Positions 27,104 through 36,392 of a stretch of 64,000 bases of DNA are shown here, piece by piece. Source of the stretch: a virus; IMG/VR virus record IMGVR_UViG_3300042013_000061, positions 1-64,000 of that record; one strand, given 5' to 3'. Each line of letters begins with the position of its first letter. Position 1 is the first letter of the stretch. The notes below the pieces were generated by a model, which saw only the letters and a program-made list of their open reading frames with translations, was not told where the DNA came from and made no database searches. The translations under genes and the position numbers were made by a program.

Positions 27104-27473
27104 TTCGTTCTTCCATCAAAATGAAAAGATTTGTGATGTTCACTTCGCGGCCACTGTCTTCCAACTGTTTGCGGTATTCTTGGCCGTCGTAAATCTTGCT
27201 CACTGCGCCCCACAGTTTATCCACGCCGAACTTTTCAACAAAGAAATCGCAACCACGCTGATAACGACGATTCATCATTTCCAGCATTTCAGTATCGTTC
27301 CGTTTAACAGCAGAATGCAGCAGAATAAACTCTAACTGCGACAGGCGCGGGCAGTACGTCTTTTCATGAACAGCTTCCGCCATCGCTTTGCCAAGTTCTT
27401 CAAACGGGTTTTTGCGATTGTGATCTTCCATAAGCTCGCCAATCTTGGCTAAAATTTCATCTTTGTTCGGCAT
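27084..27473 (-). CDS. Hypothetical protein
   Basis: AAGGA RBS. Confidence 0.7.
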   Translation of the reverse strand: MPNKDEILAKIGELMEDHNRKNPFEELGKAMAEAVHEKTYCPRLSQLEFILLHSAVKRNDTEMLEMMNRRYQRGCDFFVEKFGVDKLWGAVSKIYDGQEYRKQLEDSGREVNITNLFILMEERNAQLLP

Positions 27474-27483
27474 GGATATTTCC

Positions 27484-27954
27484 TTACGCTACGAGTTTAT
27501 CTGCGAGCGCTAAAACGTCAGTAAAGTAGGAATCGTTTTCGGCGGCTTTCATGTGGTCAGCCAAATCAATCCCGGTAGTGTTTGCGTAGGCGCGGACGGC
27601 AAGATACATCGGGTATTTTTGCCACGCCGGAACATTCAGCACAGTCATTGCTTCGAAGAAAATCGCATCGCATTGTGCGCGAGTGATATAGACGCCGACG
27701 CCGTTAACCATTACCTGTCGATACGTGCAAAGGTAATCGTGAATTACCGCTGCTTTCCCGTACTTGCCATTCGGCGGCAACAGCCAACGAATCCACCACG
27801 GCACCGAAGCCAAGTCTGTGCGGTAGCCGACCGGAACGTTAATCATGATGCCGGAATTCAGTATGCCGATCGCATAGGCAAAAATCTGCCAAATAACGTA
27901 ATGAATTCCGTCGTCTTCAAATTCAGCAACGAGGGGAGTTGTGAAACTACTCAT
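27484..27954 (-). CDS. DUF1353 family protein
   Basis: VPVGYRTDLASVP...YGKAAVIHDYL...D.IF.EAM. Confidence 0.85.
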   Translation of the reverse strand: MSSFTTPLVAEFEDDGIHYVIWQIFAYAIGILNSGIMINVPVGYRTDLASVPWWIRWLLPPNGKYGKAAVIHDYLCTYRQVMVNGVGVYITRAQCDAIFFEAMTVLNVPAWQKYPMYLAVRAYANTTGIDLADHMKAAENDSYFTDVLALADKLVA

Positions 27955-28294
27955 TTTTACCTTCTGGATAAAGTGTCAGGCTGATATGCCAACGCTCTAC
28001 GTTGGGGCCAACCATAAAGTTTTCGTGAATGTCAGTTAAGTCCCAATCGGAACGTTCCAACATGTGGAATTTTGCAGCCATCACCGGACTGAAAAGCAAT
28101 GCACGAATGTACGCGTTTTTCGCAAAGGTGATTTCCTTTGGATCGCCGTGTATTTGCAGTTCAACCGTGAGGGAATCGCCGCTCAAAGGCAGCGTGATTT
28201 TTTCAACAGATGCCGTCATCCACTGGCCCATGAAAACACGGATGGTGCCACCAGCGGTTTTAACTTTGGTCAAATGTTCGTAAGACTTATTCAT
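27947..28294 (-). CDS. Hypothetical protein
   Basis: ORF packing. Confidence 0.7.
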   Translation of the reverse strand: MNKSYEHLTKVKTAGGTIRVFMGQWMTASVEKITLPLSGDSLTVELQIHGDPKEITFAKNAYIRALLFSPVMAAKFHMLERSDWDLTDIHENFMVGPNVERWHISLTLYPEGKNE

Positions 28295-28706
28295 TGATTT
28301 TCGTACCCGGTTGGAAATATTCGAGTCGGAGTTCGAAGGTTACGGCAAGCACGCCGCACACAGGCTCAAAGCCTAGCACTTTGTATTCGGAACTTTCGAA
28401 GTGGATACCTTCGTAAATAAACGGGAAGTGCCAGCCTTCCATGTTGTTCATGTAGCCTTGGCCTACGTCGTACAGCAAGCGGCACATGTACTGCGGATGC
28501 AATTCAATTCGAATGCGCGCTTTTATGAAATGGCATTTGCTCGGGGTGAAGTTTTCGCGGCTGTATTCTTCCGTGAAAGAATCCACAGCTTCGACGTTCG
28601 CCATGTAACACGCGCCATTCCAGAACGGCAATCGCATGTCGGAAGTGTTGGCAATTTTAAAAGCAGATACGGTTTTGTTGAACTGCTTCAGTGATTCGAT
28701 TCGCAT
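28287..28706 (-). CDS. Hypothetical protein
   Basis: ORF packing. Confidence 0.7.
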   Translation of the reverse strand: MRIESLKQFNKTVSAFKIANTSDMRLPFWNGACYMANVEAVDSFTEEYSRENFTPSKCHFIKARIRIELHPQYMCRLLYDVGQGYMNNMEGWHFPFIYEGIHFESSEYKVLGFEPVCGVLAVTFELRLEYFQPGTKINE

Positions 28707-29347
28707 TTTAGAAATTTCCCAAATTGTTTTCGGATATTCTGTTCGTATTGACGCAGGCGCCTGTGCTGACCATATTTGTAGTCAGTCACCGCCGTGAATT
28801 TTATCGTGATGGTATCGCGTGAATGTTTCTCAGTGCCGAACATCGCGTCCATATCTGAAAGGTAAAACATCATGCCGCAAATGTTGACCGGGCGAAGGTC
28901 TTCACTTCGGAACACAGTCTCAGTAAGCGCATGGTATTTTGCCCAAAGTTTTCTTTCGTCTTTGTGAAACAATCGCGTGGTCAGGGTGAACGTCGGCGCC
29001 GATGCCGGGTAGCTCATTGTCATCCCCATCCATCCCATACTGGCGATAGGTTGCTCGTGGATTGCTTCGACCGGGACAAACACATAAGATTCTTCGTCGA
29101 AACGCAACAGCAAAACTTTCGGTTTCTTGTTCGTGGTTAAATCAGGGCAGAAGTATTGCAGCAATTCTCTTACGCTTTTTTCGTACTGCTTGTCGTATTT
29201 GAAATACTCCAAACGATCCTCAATCGGATACGGTTTATCAGCCTGTCGGTATTTGATTCGACCGCGCGGAGGTGCATCATCGTAGCTGAGATAATCTTCG
29301 TCTTCGATTTGATCTATTTCTTCAAACTCTTCAACGTCTTCGCACAT
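28688..29347 (-). CDS. Hypothetical protein
   Basis: GAGGA RBS before ATG 29347. Confidence 0.75.
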   Translation of the reverse strand: MCEDVEEFEEIDQIEDEDYLSYDDAPPRGRIKYRQADKPYPIEDRLEYFKYDKQYEKSVRELLQYFCPDLTTNKKPKVLLLRFDEESYVFVPVEAIHEQPIASMGWMGMTMSYPASAPTFTLTTRLFHKDERKLWAKYHALTETVFRSEDLRPVNICGMMFYLSDMDAMFGTEKHSRDTITIKFTAVTDYKYGQHRRLRQYEQNIRKQFGKFLKCESNH

Positions 29348-29373
29348 AAGCAATCCTCTTCAGGTATGCTCAG

Positions 29374-29386
29374 TATTTACAGTTTT
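29374..29386 (-). promoter_or_regulatory. Putative middle promoter AAAACTGTAAATA
   Basis: Intergenic, directly after a terminator. Confidence 0.65.
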
Positions 29387-29393
29387 ACGCACC

Positions 29394-29432
29394 AACGAAA
29401 AAGCCCCCGAATCCATAAGGAAACGAGGGCCA
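29394..29432 (-). terminator. Rho-independent terminator
   Basis: GCCCTCG...CGGGGGC stem then TTTTTCGTT. Confidence 0.75.
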
Positions 29433-29435
29433 TCG

Positions 29436-30227
29436 TTAAGCATAGATCAAATCACGCACTTCAAAACCTTCGAACGAATGCAGCAGAGCAAAGTCCGAAT
29501 AATTCGATGTTGTGTAGATTGCGTCCGCCGTTGCCACTGCACCATTCGCCAAGGAAAGCGCTGGAGCATTCAGGTCGGAGAACACTAATGTCCACACACC
29601 GTTTTTGCAGTTGAAGAAGACAGGCGATTGATCGTCAGTTGCATAGGCAGAAACAACCACGATATTTTTAACCGCGTCGAACCACATATCTGTCACGGTG
29701 AAACCTTCGATGTTTGTAACGCCTTCGGAAACAAGTTGTCCTAAACGCCCGCTGAAAGTTTCAAGGGTGTTCGGTGTGTTTACGCTGACATGGAATTTCG
29801 TGCTGTACGCCATGTTAACTACACCATCACCAACGTCATAAACGCCCCATGTCGGGCCGTAGAAAATCCGACCGTCCGCCGTGCCAAATAATGGAATTCC
29901 ATTCACAGAAAGCGACGATGTGAAAATCGTGTTTTCTTCGTGAACAGTCTGCCACGTCTCGCCATCAAACGAGTGAATACCGACACCGTTTTCCGCGACA
30001 TAGAATTTCGTGCCTGCGAAAGTTACGTGACTGCATTCCCCAAAAACTACATCTTCAGCATTCCAGTCTTGCTTATCGGTGGACGTATAAATCCCTTCGC
30101 CTACCGCGACATAAATTCCCTTACCTGTTGCAATGTCGTTTATTTTTGCTGGAACAGATGCAGGTACAAACCCATCAGACGTTTGAATGTAAAGTCCATC
30201 TTGGTTAGTACCTGAACCACCGACCAC
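29436..30227 (-). CDS. Beta-propeller-like C-terminal extension, probably expressed by -1 frameshift from 30251..31201
   Basis: No RBS or ATG start; frame is -1 relative to upstream gene and open back to A_AAA_AAG; YxSxDxxxW/SFDGETW-like repeats. Confidence 0.75.
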   Translation of the reverse strand: MVGGSGTNQDGLYIQTSDGFVPASVPAKINDIATGKGIYVAVGEGIYTSTDKQDWNAEDVVFGECSHVTFAGTKFYVAENGVGIHSFDGETWQTVHEENTIFTSSLSVNGIPLFGTADGRIFYGPTWGVYDVGDGVVNMAYSTKFHVSVNTPNTLETFSGRLGQLVSEGVTNIEGFTVTDMWFDAVKNIVVVSAYATDDQSPVFFNCKNGVWTLVFSDLNAPALSLANGAVATADAIYTTSNYSDFALLHSFEGFEVRDLIYA

Positions 30228-30250
30228 AAATGCTTGTCGAGGAGCAGGTT

Positions 30251-31201
30251 TTACGACTTTTTTGTGACGAAAGCCACGGCTTCAACGAGCACGGGTTCGC
30301 CATTGCCAAACTTCGGAGTAGCAACCAAAACAATCGCGAATTCACCGAGTGGAGAACCGGCTTTGTTGCGCTCGACAGTTTTCGGAATGTAATCGTTGAT
30401 ATGGCGGAAAGCGTATTGCTGAATCATCTGCGTAACAGACAGTTCGGCGTTGGTCGCGGAATCCACAACTACGCGAGAACCGGTGTTGTACCAAACGTAG
30501 TTTTTCTTTGAGTCGCTATTCGGCAACATCAAATCCCATTTCAACGCATTTTCTGCGTTGCTTGGATCAACGTCAAGCATCAAAGAAATGTCGTACATAT
30601 CCGTGATGTGCGGCACGCCGGGATTCAGCGAACCAACGCTTACTGCGAACGTCCAGTTTTCCAGCGTATCCAATTCGATATCGAATGCGCCAGCGCCGTC
30701 ACCGTAGTACGTCGAATCGTTGTATTTGCGAATTGCCAAACCTAATTCGATATCGGCGTTTTTACCGATTACGAAATCGTCAGCCGGATTACCCACGCCG
30801 GAAAGCATGTAAGGTTTTCCGTCTGGCCCTTCAATAACGAAACTGATTTCACCTTTCGGCGTTGGCGTCAGCGGGCCGTATGCAACATCACCCAGCGCGC
30901 CGCTTGGAACGTAAGGGCCGACAGCAATACAAATACCGGCCAAATACATCGACAGGATTTTACCGTCGATTGCAGTGGTGATACCTTCCAGCGTCATTGC
31001 GCTAGTGTCGCCGTAATAGTTGCTGATCGAAGTGCGGAATGCTTGGCTATTAAAAATCTCCAACATTTCGTCTTCGGTTACTTGAATGCGGCGCACGGCT
31101 GGCGGGGAACCGGCGGTGTTAATCGCCTCGATGATTTGCGCCAAAACGCCCGTATATTGTTGAACTTCCATAAGGGTTTCCTGTGTAATTAAGGAAGACA
31201 T
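30251..31201 (-). CDS. Putative late/virion surface protein (316 aa short form; ~588 aa frameshifted form)
   Basis: AGGGAG RBS; late motif upstream; beta-rich C-terminal domain (GxGN...IELGL...WTF). Confidence 0.75.
   Translation of the reverse strand: MSSLITQETLMEVQQYTGVLAQIIEAINTAGSPPAVRRIQVTEDEMLEIFNSQAFRTSISNYYGDTSAMTLEGITTAIDGKILSMYLAGICIAVGPYVPSGALGDVAYGPLTPTPKGEISFVIEGPDGKPYMLSGVGNPADDFVIGKNADIELGLAIRKYNDSTYYGDGAGAFDIELDTLENWTFAVSVGSLNPGVPHITDMYDISLMLDVDPSNAENALKWDLMLPNSDSKKNYVWYNTGSRVVVDSATNAELSVTQMIQQYAFRHINDYIPKTVERNKAGSPLGEFAIVLVATPKFGNGEPVLVEAVAFVTKKS
30257..30263 (-). promoter_or_regulatory. Programmed -1 ribosomal frameshift site A_AAA_AAG
   Basis: ACA AAA AAG TCG TAA; stem-loop begins 7 nt downstream. 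Confidence 0.75.
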
Positions 31202-31234
31202 TATCTCCCTTTATTTAAAAGGAGTGCTCCCTAT

Positions 31235-31241
31235 TAAATTA
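31235..31241 (-). promoter_or_regulatory. Putative late promoter TAATTTA
   Basis: Recurrent motif. Confidence 0.55.
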
Positions 31242-31574
31242 CTTCTTTGATTGCGCTTCGATACGCGACCACATTTCGTTTGTGAAAATATCTTTGCCTT
31301 CGTGGAACTTTTCCACGTTCTCCCCGCACTGCGAACAGAAGTTCACGCGAATGATATGGCCGGGGTGCGGTAGCGCTTTACGCGAAGTGTTAAATTCGAT
31401 AACCGCTTTACCGAATTCTTCCAGCTTTTCATCCCAATCTTTTTTAACAACCGCTTCGCCTGCAATCAACGCGACAACACACGCGCCCGGTGCGCACGGT
31501 TTAATCAGACCGGCTTTTACTTCGTCGCGTAGCGTAGCGTTACAGCGGGCGGAAATGTGCGTGGAAAGACTCAT
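31239..31574 (-). CDS. Zinc-binding protein (FCSQCG)
   Basis: GAGGA RBS. Confidence 0.7.
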   Translation of the reverse strand: MSLSTHISARCNATLRDEVKAGLIKPCAPGACVVALIAGEAVVKKDWDEKLEEFGKAVIEFNTSRKALPHPGHIIRVNFCSQCGENVEKFHEGKDIFTNEMWSRIEAQSKK

Positions 31575-31575
31575 G

Positions 31576-31830
31576 TTAAAGTTCCTCGTATTTAAACAGG
31601 CGATATGATTGCTTTGTCATTTTCCAACCTTCTATCAGCGCGACAATGCCCGCCAGCAGAACCAACACGCCGAGAACGCAATAAGCGATTTCGTGTTTTG
31701 TCATTTCATGTTCGGCCATCCACGAAATGCGAGCGTAGGAAACGTAAGCAGAGAACGCAATAAGTCCAATCACTGCCAGATTAATTGCGGTGACAAACAG
31801 CAGTGAAGCAATTCCAAAGAAACGATTCAT
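31576..31830 (-). CDS. Two-TM membrane protein
   Basis: Start reassigned to MNRFF; hydrophobic. Confidence 0.65.
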   Translation of the reverse strand: MNRFFGIASLLFVTAINLAVIGLIAFSAYVSYARISWMAEHEMTKHEIAYCVLGVLVLLAGIVALIEGWKMTKQSYRLFKYEEL

Positions 31831-32093
31831 CAAAAGAAATCCGGTAGGTTTACACGTCGTTGAAACAAACGGCAGACCGCCCACTTGAGAGTCACACAAG
31901 CTGCGACGATCATAAAGCCGAGAAAGAATACAGGAACAACTAGCGAAGCAGCGAGAGACACAAGCGCATGAGCGGCAACATCATCACGCAACGTCCCGTA
32001 GAACATCCACACAACAATGCCTAAATAGGCGATACCGATTGCAGCACAGCTAATACTAAACAGCGACATTGCGACGTAGAATGCACGGGACAT
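31830..32093 (-). CDS. Two-TM membrane protein
   Basis: Hydrophobic segments. Confidence 0.65.
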   Translation of the reverse strand: MSRAFYVAMSLFSISCAAIGIAYLGIVVWMFYGTLRDDVAAHALVSLAASLVVPVFFLGFMIVAACVTLKWAVCRLFQRRVNLPDFF

Positions 32094-32162
32094 AATCAGG
32101 ATAATCCTTTATAGGTTTTATACGAAAAACGGGATTCACCGAATTGGCAAACCCCGCTTTTG

Positions 32163-32384
32163 TTAGAACTTCGCTTCTTTTGTGTTGCGATGAACTTGCA
32201 GATACGCGATCAAATAAATCGCAGCGATCCACATTGCAGCACACAGCCACGACAACGCGACGGCTGCATATTCGTAGTAGCTACCGAGTGCAGTGAAATA
32301 GTCGCCCACGCAGCAAACAAACCACGTAATCAAACCCATGATTACGATTATTCCGAGCGTAAAAATGTGAGCGAAATTTCTCAT
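32163..32384 (-). CDS. Two-TM membrane protein
   Basis: Hydrophobic segments. Confidence 0.65.
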   Translation of the reverse strand: MRNFAHIFTLGIIVIMGLITWFVCCVGDYFTALGSYYEYAAVALSWLCAAMWIAAIYLIAYLQVHRNTKEAKF

Positions 32385-33136
32385 TATCCGAGCATCCGTG
32401 GAAGAGTTGGAATTGCACTTTGATTCATGTACTTGCCGCCCCGTTCGGCGTAAGAGGTTTCACACTCTTCGTTACCTTCAAGGAACAGAATCTGTGCGCA
32501 GCCTTCGCCTGCATAAATCTTTGCAGGCAGAGTTGTTGTGTTGCTGAATTCCAGTGTCAACGAACCTTTCCAATCCGGCTCAAGCGGCGTAACGTTCACG
32601 ATCAGACCGCATCGCGCATACGTCGATTTACCGATGCACAAAACCAGAATGTTTCGCGGAATGTGAAACCACTCAGGTGTATTCGCCAGAGCAAAACTAT
32701 TCGGCGGCAGATACAGCGCTTCGCCATCCGGCACAAACTTCTCGACGAAATTGTCTTCGTTGAAATCTTTCGGATCGACACACGAATTGTTGATGTTTGT
32801 GAACACCTTGAATTTGTTGCCGACGCGAATGTCATAGCCGTAGGAACTGAGGCCATACGGAATGATTTTGCGCGTGCTACGTTCGCCGTCATCATCACCG
32901 ACGGCTTTGTATTCAACGTGCGTAACTTGCTTGTCAGAGAATGGCGAAATGATCGGCTCATATTCGTATTCTTTTCGCGACAGGCCCAAGTCTTTCTGCT
33001 GCTGTGCAGAGTACATTGCCCACACTGCGCCTTGAGGTGAGTCGTACCAGCAATGGAATTTTCCGTGACGCAGCCACGCAATTTGAGTACGAGAAACTGC
33101 TTTGGAACGAATCCACTTATCCGACATAATGCTCAC
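32384..33136 (-). CDS. dcd: dCTP deaminase
   Basis: MSIxSDKWIR; YGLSSYGYD; GKSTYARCG; NVTPLEP; IYAGEG.AQ; SYA.RGGKY. Confidence 0.95.
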   Translation of the reverse strand: MSIMSDKWIRSKAVSRTQIAWLRHGKFHCWYDSPQGAVWAMYSAQQQKDLGLSRKEYEYEPIISPFSDKQVTHVEYKAVGDDDGERSTRKIIPYGLSSYGYDIRVGNKFKVFTNINNSCVDPKDFNEDNFVEKFVPDGEALYLPPNSFALANTPEWFHIPRNILVLCIGKSTYARCGLIVNVTPLEPDWKGSLTLEFSNTTTLPAKIYAGEGCAQILFLEGNEECETSYAERGGKYMNQSAIPTLPRMLG

Positions 33137-33459
33137 GAAAAGTTCTCCTTTTCTTCAGCAGTCGCCGGGCGGATTTGGTAGTTGGCTTGCGCCTGTACCA
33201 TTGCGTTTTCGACTTCTGGAGAATACCAGCAAATGAATTTGTCACCGTCCAACGTGCTGACCACCATCGTAAAAGGTTTGAAAACTTTCGGTGCAAATTG
33301 CGGTGTGAATTTCTGGAGAACAGACAGCGCATGTTCATCGAGAAAGTTTTTGTCTGCATCACCGGCCCGGTAGTGCATATGGTCGTAAACGCGGCGCAGG
33401 GCCATCGCCAGACTTTGGATAACATATGCTGGTCGCGGTTGCTTTGTACCTTCAATCAT
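33133..33459 (-). CDS. Hypothetical protein
   Basis: ORF packing. Confidence 0.7.
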   Translation of the reverse strand: MIEGTKQPRPAYVIQSLAMALRRVYDHMHYRAGDADKNFLDEHALSVLQKFTPQFAPKVFKPFTMVVSTLDGDKFICWYSPEVENAMVQAQANYQIRPATAEEKENFS

Positions 33460-33475
33460 TTAATTTCCCCCGAAA

Positions 33476-33868
33476 TTATTCTGGAAGTTTCAGTCCACGT
33501 TCTTTTACAGTACGGTCAGACAGTTTGTGGACAGTGAGTTCGCCAGCCGAATCGAACACTTTTTGCTTCGTGGCTTTCGAGTACCAGAATGCAAAGTTTC
33601 CGTTTTGATCGTAAACGGCTTTGTGTGGTTTCTCTTCGTATTTGTCGAGCAGATATTCCAACTCTTCTGCTACAAATGGTTTTGTGATGGTCGGATGCGT
33701 TTGCCCGCCGACCATGTAGTAAGGGTCAGCAGGCTTGCGTTTTATGATTGCGAGCAACGCCGCTTCAATATCCACGACAAAACCTGCTTTCAATTTGGCA
33801 ATCTCTTGCGCATGTGCGACTTTCAAATCCCAAATTTCTTCGTCTTTCATTTCGCCAATGACGGACAT
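33476..33868 (-). CDS. Hypothetical protein
   Basis: GAGG RBS. Confidence 0.7.
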   Translation of the reverse strand: MSVIGEMKDEEIWDLKVAHAQEIAKLKAGFVVDIEAALLAIIKRKPADPYYMVGGQTHPTITKPFVAEELEYLLDKYEEKPHKAVYDQNGNFAFWYSKATKQKVFDSAGELTVHKLSDRTVKERGLKLPE

Positions 33869-33870
33869 TG

Positions 33871-34050
33871 CTAAACCCTCACGTGAATGACTTCTAAACC
33901 TTTATCTTCGAAGTCTTTAATGCGTGCGTCGTCATGCGTATAGACACAGGTAACGTCGTCCGCGTGTTCAATCAAGATGTAACGCAATTCCTTTACAGTT
34001 TTTTCAACTGCTTGCGGATCGCCTCTGTTCTGGATGTATATTTCGATCAT
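33871..34050 (-). CDS. 59-aa hypothetical protein (MIEIYIQ...)
   Basis: Manually read; ATGA coupling to 34047..35315. Confidence 0.65.
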   Translation of the reverse strand: MIEIYIQNRGDPQAVEKTVKELRYILIEHADDVTCVYTHDDARIKDFEDKGLEVIHVRV

Positions 34051-35315
34051 TGCAACGGGCGACTGGTCTGATCTACGCCAGACTTAGAAGCACTAACCTG
34101 TTTTTTGGGTTGAGATAAACCGGACGGGTTGCCCTGTTCGGAAAGGAAAGGACGATATAGATAAAGGATTTCGGCGTACTTCTTACCGCCTTTAATCATG
34201 ATCGTTTTACCGCCGACAACGTAGCGACCGGCAATATCATTTGGTGCAGGTTGAACGTCACCCTTTGCGCCCGCGCCTTGCTGGAAATCAACCGAGGTAA
34301 ACGATTTAATATCCGTTGCGGAATCTGTCAGTGCAACAACGCGTTCACTAAACATGGAAAGCAAACGCACATTTTGATAATACGCACGTTCGTAATGCTC
34401 GTGAATGTTGAAGCCTTCGTCTGGCCCGGTGCCGGGATCGAGGCCCGAATAACTCACACGTGCGCCACGCTCTTTTAATTGCGCGAGAATTTCAGTGTTT
34501 ACAGGAACGCCAGCAGCCGGTGCGTTAATGTCCATCGTCTCAATTGCAAGCGCGCTGGTTTCATCTGCGAACGCGTGACCGAACAGCTTGTGTCCGTAGT
34601 TCACAAAGTGCGTAAACAAACCGGAAACGCTCATATCTTTTGCACTGCGCACATCGACACTTGTACCGACTGCCCCGGCACCGTCTTTGTTATGCACGAG
34701 CGTTTGTTTCGGAGTTTCGTTTAGGACGGCCATCAGGTCTTTATAAACCAATGTACCATCCATGCGAACGCAACGCGCCATGCAACTTGTATCGTCTACA
34801 TATCCGCGCATTGCCATGTCTTCGGAAAAACCGAGACGTGTTGTATTCAAATTCAACCAAATTTGTGTATCGGTTGTGGGTTTCGACGGGCCGTCATAAA
34901 GCAGGCCGCTTAATTCCGCAAGCTGCTGCATTACGTTGGAACTGGCCGCATCAAACGATTCTGCGAAAGAACCGGCACCGAATTTCGGACTGTTGTAAAT
35001 GCAGACAATGTGCAAAACTTTACCGCTGGAATTTCGTGGTCGAGTCCAACCGAACACACGGAATTTATATTCAGGTGCGGTTTCTGCTGTCTTGCCCATA
35101 CGCAAAGTAATCGTCGTGCCGTTCTTCAAATTCAAGTCGCGGCTTAACGTTTCTTTTTCATCGTACAGGCTCAATTTCATTGCGGGTAAACCCATGCCGA
35201 AACCTTCCATGATCCAGATATTTTCAATCATGTTCATGGAAGGGGGCATAGGACTCCCATCAATATCCAGCGTGCAAAAAGCCATGCCTTCGATGTTGAG
35301 GGATGCTTGAGCCAT
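34047..35315 (-). CDS. Baseplate hub protein (T4 gp27/VgrG-like, putative)
   Basis: Size, position after gp53/LysM-like gene, terminal GRYVV...I motif. Confidence 0.6.
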   Translation of the reverse strand: MAQASLNIEGMAFCTLDIDGSPMPPSMNMIENIWIMEGFGMGLPAMKLSLYDEKETLSRDLNLKNGTTITLRMGKTAETAPEYKFRVFGWTRPRNSSGKVLHIVCIYNSPKFGAGSFAESFDAASSNVMQQLAELSGLLYDGPSKPTTDTQIWLNLNTTRLGFSEDMAMRGYVDDTSCMARCVRMDGTLVYKDLMAVLNETPKQTLVHNKDGAGAVGTSVDVRSAKDMSVSGLFTHFVNYGHKLFGHAFADETSALAIETMDINAPAAGVPVNTEILAQLKERGARVSYSGLDPGTGPDEGFNIHEHYERAYYQNVRLLSMFSERVVALTDSATDIKSFTSVDFQQGAGAKGDVQPAPNDIAGRYVVGGKTIMIKGGKKYAEILYLYRPFLSEQGNPSGLSQPKKQVSASKSGVDQTSRPLQ

Positions 35316-35324
35316 AATTGCCTC

Positions 35325-35663
35325 TTAGAGAGTTACAACATTTGAACCGGCGACACTTCCTTTTGCACGTTGCAATCGAGTGGTCATTTCGTTCACGTTT
35401 GGAATTTTGATTTTCGCACCTTGCGTGATTTCCCAAATGTCATCAAGGCCGTTGTAGACCATGATTGCGCGCCACCATTTAATCGTGCGGTACGCATTGT
35501 AAGAAATCAAACCGGGGTTGAATTGTTCCATCGCATTTACAGTATGCGTGGTGAACGTTTCTACGCCTTCGATTGCCTCATAAGAAACATCAAGCAAAGG
35601 GTCAATGCCGTAAGCATCAACCTGCACGAATTCCCTTTGATCGTAAAGCATAAGCCACCTCAA
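35325..35663 (-). CDS. Baseplate wedge/LysM-like protein (gp53/tail X-like)
   Basis: PGLISYNAY....WWRAIMVYNG.DD...I..G..IKIP. Confidence 0.7.
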   Translation of the reverse strand: MRWLMLYDQREFVQVDAYGIDPLLDVSYEAIEGVETFTTHTVNAMEQFNPGLISYNAYRTIKWWRAIMVYNGLDDIWEITQGAKIKIPNVNEMTTRLQRAKGSVAGSNVVTL

Positions 35664-36391
35664 ATAACGGCAAAGAATTTATCCAAGTCTTCTTTCGTGG
35701 TTGTCCAGAACGCTTCGAACGTCACGTTAATGGTTGCAGCAATTGGATTGCCGGTCGCGTCAAATTGCGTATCGAACGTACAATCCACACTGCTGATAAA
35801 GCACGGAGAAAAACGGAGAAAACGACCGATGTTCAAAGTGATTTCGTCACCGCCCAACTGCACACCGCCGCTGAAATCACCGGCCAGTAATGCGCCAGTG
35901 TTCCCAACGTGCGGGCCGGGAGCCATCAAAGTTCCCGCTGCTGTTTCAGAAGGTGCAACCAATTGCAGAAGCTTTTTCATTTTATCGGTTACTTCCAAAT
36001 ACGCATCGTCATAAGCAACGATGGCAAAAGGAATTGTGATAATCAGTGTGGAACCGCTAGACCACACCGCACCCGACAAACTTTTCATGATCGAAGTTGC
36101 GCCTGTAGTAGCGCGCAAAACTTGTTCGGCACTTGCTGCAATTCCACCAGCACCCGAGGCTTCACCCGCCGCCTGAGAAAGTGGCGCTGCAAATGGTCGA
36201 TCATAACTTGATGTTAAATGGAGGCCGAAGTTTTCAGGCAACGGCGTATCCATGTTGATATACATTTCACCATCACGACGAACCTCAAGCTGTGCCGTAT
36301 AAATACTGGAAATATCCGGTTTAGCTTTTGCGGTACTCGGAACGGTTACGTTGAAAATTGATGCGACTGCACCGCCAAACGATTGAGACAT
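35660..36391 (-). CDS. Tail tube initiator/baseplate protein (putative)
   Basis: IG.FL....C.ISSV...FD......G.PI.A.INVTF; synteny. Confidence 0.6.
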   Translation of the reverse strand: MSQSFGGAVASIFNVTVPSTAKAKPDISSIYTAQLEVRRDGEMYINMDTPLPENFGLHLTSSYDRPFAAPLSQAAGEASGAGGIAASAEQVLRATTGATSIMKSLSGAVWSSGSTLIITIPFAIVAYDDAYLEVTDKMKKLLQLVAPSETAAGTLMAPGPHVGNTGALLAGDFSGGVQLGGDEITLNIGRFLRFSPCFISSVDCTFDTQFDATGNPIAATINVTFEAFWTTTKEDLDKFFAVI

Positions 36392-36392
36392 T

